DNA from: Octopus bimaculoides
Taxonomy: Eukaryota
Length of the DNA stretch: 36,252 nucleotides
NCBI RefSeq assembly: GCF_001194135.2
Contig: NC_068998.1
Span: forward strand, 37,619,046-37,655,297
Direction of reading: 5' to 3'
Shown here: piece by piece, positions 34,270-36,252 of the stretch
Layout: each line of letters opens with the position of its first letter
How positions within the stretch are numbered: position 1 is the first letter of the stretch
Made by a program: the position numbers and the translations under genes
Notes under the pieces: model-generated
The model's database searches: none
The model's input: only the letters and a program-made list of their open reading frames with translations
Told to the model about the DNA's origin: nothing

Positions 34270-34990
34270 CAAAAGTGAAAAAATGTGGTCGACCTAACTG
34301 TGGCACATGCCCCCACTTTTTGGAGGGTTCAGAGTTCCACTTTAAACAAGCTGAAATATTTAAGATTAAATCGAATTTCACCTGTGCCTCGTTAAACCTA
34401 ATCTATGCCATTACGTACTTAGGGTGCGGTAATCAATATATTGGCCAAACAGGAATATCACTCCGTCGAAGAACCACTCTCCAAAAAGAACAAATCTGCC
34501 ACCCACAATACAGAGAGATACAGGTGAGTGAACACAAAGAAACGTGTGCTAGGAACCTTAATCCTAATTTCCTAATTGTCCCCTTCAATCACTATTCACA
34601 GAACACCTCAGTACAGCAAAGAAAGAATAAAGAGGCAATTTTCATCAATAAATATCTTTCACAACTCAATATGTACACATAACATAATACAGAACACTAC
34701 TAATCTTTCAATTAATACCACTAACCCCCATACATCCCATACACCATTCACATTACACTATTATAGCTACCCTAATTGCACCAAATCCAGTACTACTTAC
34801 CTCCCTTACACATAATCTTTCTACTCAGGGACTAGTAGACCTGACACCGTTCGGTAATCGGAGTGCATTCAAAGTCAGTGAACAGTAATTTTACGAAACC
34901 AGTATGCCTTTGAATCTCTTTAACAATTCGCAATAATGACTTTTATTACTTTTATTCCTACCTCAGTTCATCTAATTGTATATATCTATC
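34270..34990 (+). mobile_element. PLE 3' fragment: GIY-YIG endonuclease (ORF 34275-34682), 3' UTR and hammerhead-like motif
   Basis: KCGRPNCGTC..FTCASLNLIYAITYLGCGNQYIGQTGISLRRR..RKNKEAIFINKYLSQLN*: Cys-rich linker plus NxIY/YIG motifs typical of PLE EN. The 3' boundary is approximate. Confidence 0.88.
34867..34915 (+). ncRNA. Degenerate hammerhead-like motif
   Basis: ATTCAAAGTCA-GTGAACA-GTAATTTTAC-GAAA-CCAG-TA-TGCCTTTGAAT. Helix I pairs at 10 of 11 positions; core variants C3>G and G8>C; helix III ACCAGT is one change from the palindrome ACCGGT. Confidence 0.55.
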
Positions 34991-35627
34991 GTTACTTTTC
35001 ATAAAAAGCCTTTACTTTTTTTGATTTTCAATGTGCATTTTCGCTTTTTTTCTTCTTCTTACTTTCCCCTCACATTTCCACGTGTAGTTTCTATTTTGCT
35101 TTTATAACATATTTCTATGTTACAAATAAATAAATGGAGTTATACGCATGTGTTAAATAATTTCTTTTATTTCCGATATATGGTTCGAAGATTACAACTG
35201 GTTCATTCCAAAGAAATGCATGATGTATATATATAGTTTAAATTTACAGAAAACAAAAGACGAAGACTATAGATAGGTGAAAAGGTATTACGACTCCATA
35301 CAAATCAAAGGTTACAGGAAAAATGTAAAAGCGGAAGCAGCATGTTTAAATGTTCTTTTTACTTTTTCTTTTTAATCGGACAGCATAAGTACTTTTATGT
35401 ATGTTACATTAAATGACTTTTAGAAAATATTCCCGGTTCAATGTCTATGTCCATCTTATCAAATATTAAAAATTCCGAGAGAGATTTAGGAAATGAAAAT
35501 TGAAAATTGGAAATTAAAACTGTTTGTTCTCTTCTTCTGTGTTCTGGGCGTGGTTAACAATAGGAAAATATTTATCTTGTCCGAATAAAGAAAAATAACT
35601 AAAAAAAAAACAAATTTTTAAACATAT

Positions 35628-35848
35628 GTGTGTGTTTGTGTTTGGTCCCCCACCACCACTACTTGACAACCGGTATTGGTTTGATTACGTCCCGTAACTT
35701 AGCAAAAACAATAGAATAATTGACAGATTTTTAAAAAATAAGTTCTGGGGTCGATTTGTTCGACTAAAACCTATCAAGGTGTTTCCCCAGTCTAAAGACT
35801 GGCCGCAGTTTAATGACTGAAACAATTAAGCGATAAAAAATAAAAGAT
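35628..35848 (+). mobile_element. SINE family A, 3' half
   Basis: CTTGACAACCGG..TACGTCCCGTAACTTAGC..AATAAGTTCTGGGGTCGATTTGTTCGACTAAA..GCCGCAGTTTAATGACTGAAAC. Confidence 0.85.
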
Positions 35849-36179
35849 GAAGATATGTATATCACGAAATCGAACCACTTGCTATTGTCCTCAGATAGCA
35901 ATAAGGATTAGGTCTACTCCAAAACTACATTGTTGTAACTCTTCAAGCATTTCCATTAGCTAATATTATACAAGTTATTTCCCTTGCTTGCATATTTTTC
36001 GTTTTTTCATTTTTGTAGACATTTGTGAAGATTCCAAAATTGAGTTTTTGCTTCAAATTGCTGGGAAAAATTCGATGGTTTGAAGAACTGCAGCTGTCTA
36101 TATTACTATTACGTATGACAGACCCAACTGTGTATTATATCCATCCTGCAGAATGCTACCAATAGTTATTTTCATGCCG

Positions 36180-36206
36180 ATACATACATACATACAAACG
36201 TATAAG

Positions 36207-36252
<46 letters not shown>
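36180..36252. repeat. (AT)n/(ACAT)n microsatellite
   Basis: Direct. Confidence 0.9.

Noticed and set aside
1-36252. CRISPR arrays, operons or other prokaryotic systems
   Set aside because: No repeat-spacer arrays and no gene-dense regions; the sequence is a eukaryotic repeat landscape.

Overview
Eukaryotic, AT-rich, scaffold-level sequence with many N gaps, most of them flanked by microsatellites. The repeat families look like those of an Octopus (coleoid cephalopod) genome; this is inferred from pattern recognition, not a database search. I found no supportable host protein-coding gene, and most ORF-track entries are microsatellite or gap artefacts. The window is intergenic or intronic and made of transposon relics: (i) about 15 copies or fragments of at least 4 tRNA-head SINE families; (ii) decayed LINEs, namely an RTE split into oppositely oriented halves and two CR1-group copies; (iii) a dense set of Penelope-like element (PLE) remnants, with one RT+GIY-YIG copy nested in a CR1-group LINE and four further GIY-YIG fragments. 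The most interesting layer is structural. There are head-to-head foldback palindromes of about 843 bp, 1136 bp and 149 bp, plus an 18-bp-arm hairpin. There are also at least five degenerate minimal type-I hammerhead-ribozyme-like motifs at PLE-type 3' ends. One sits in a SINE-like unit with the order tRNA head - (AAT)n - hammerhead - tail. Every hammerhead copy here has core substitutions, so these are probably inactive relics of families whose consensus may be active.
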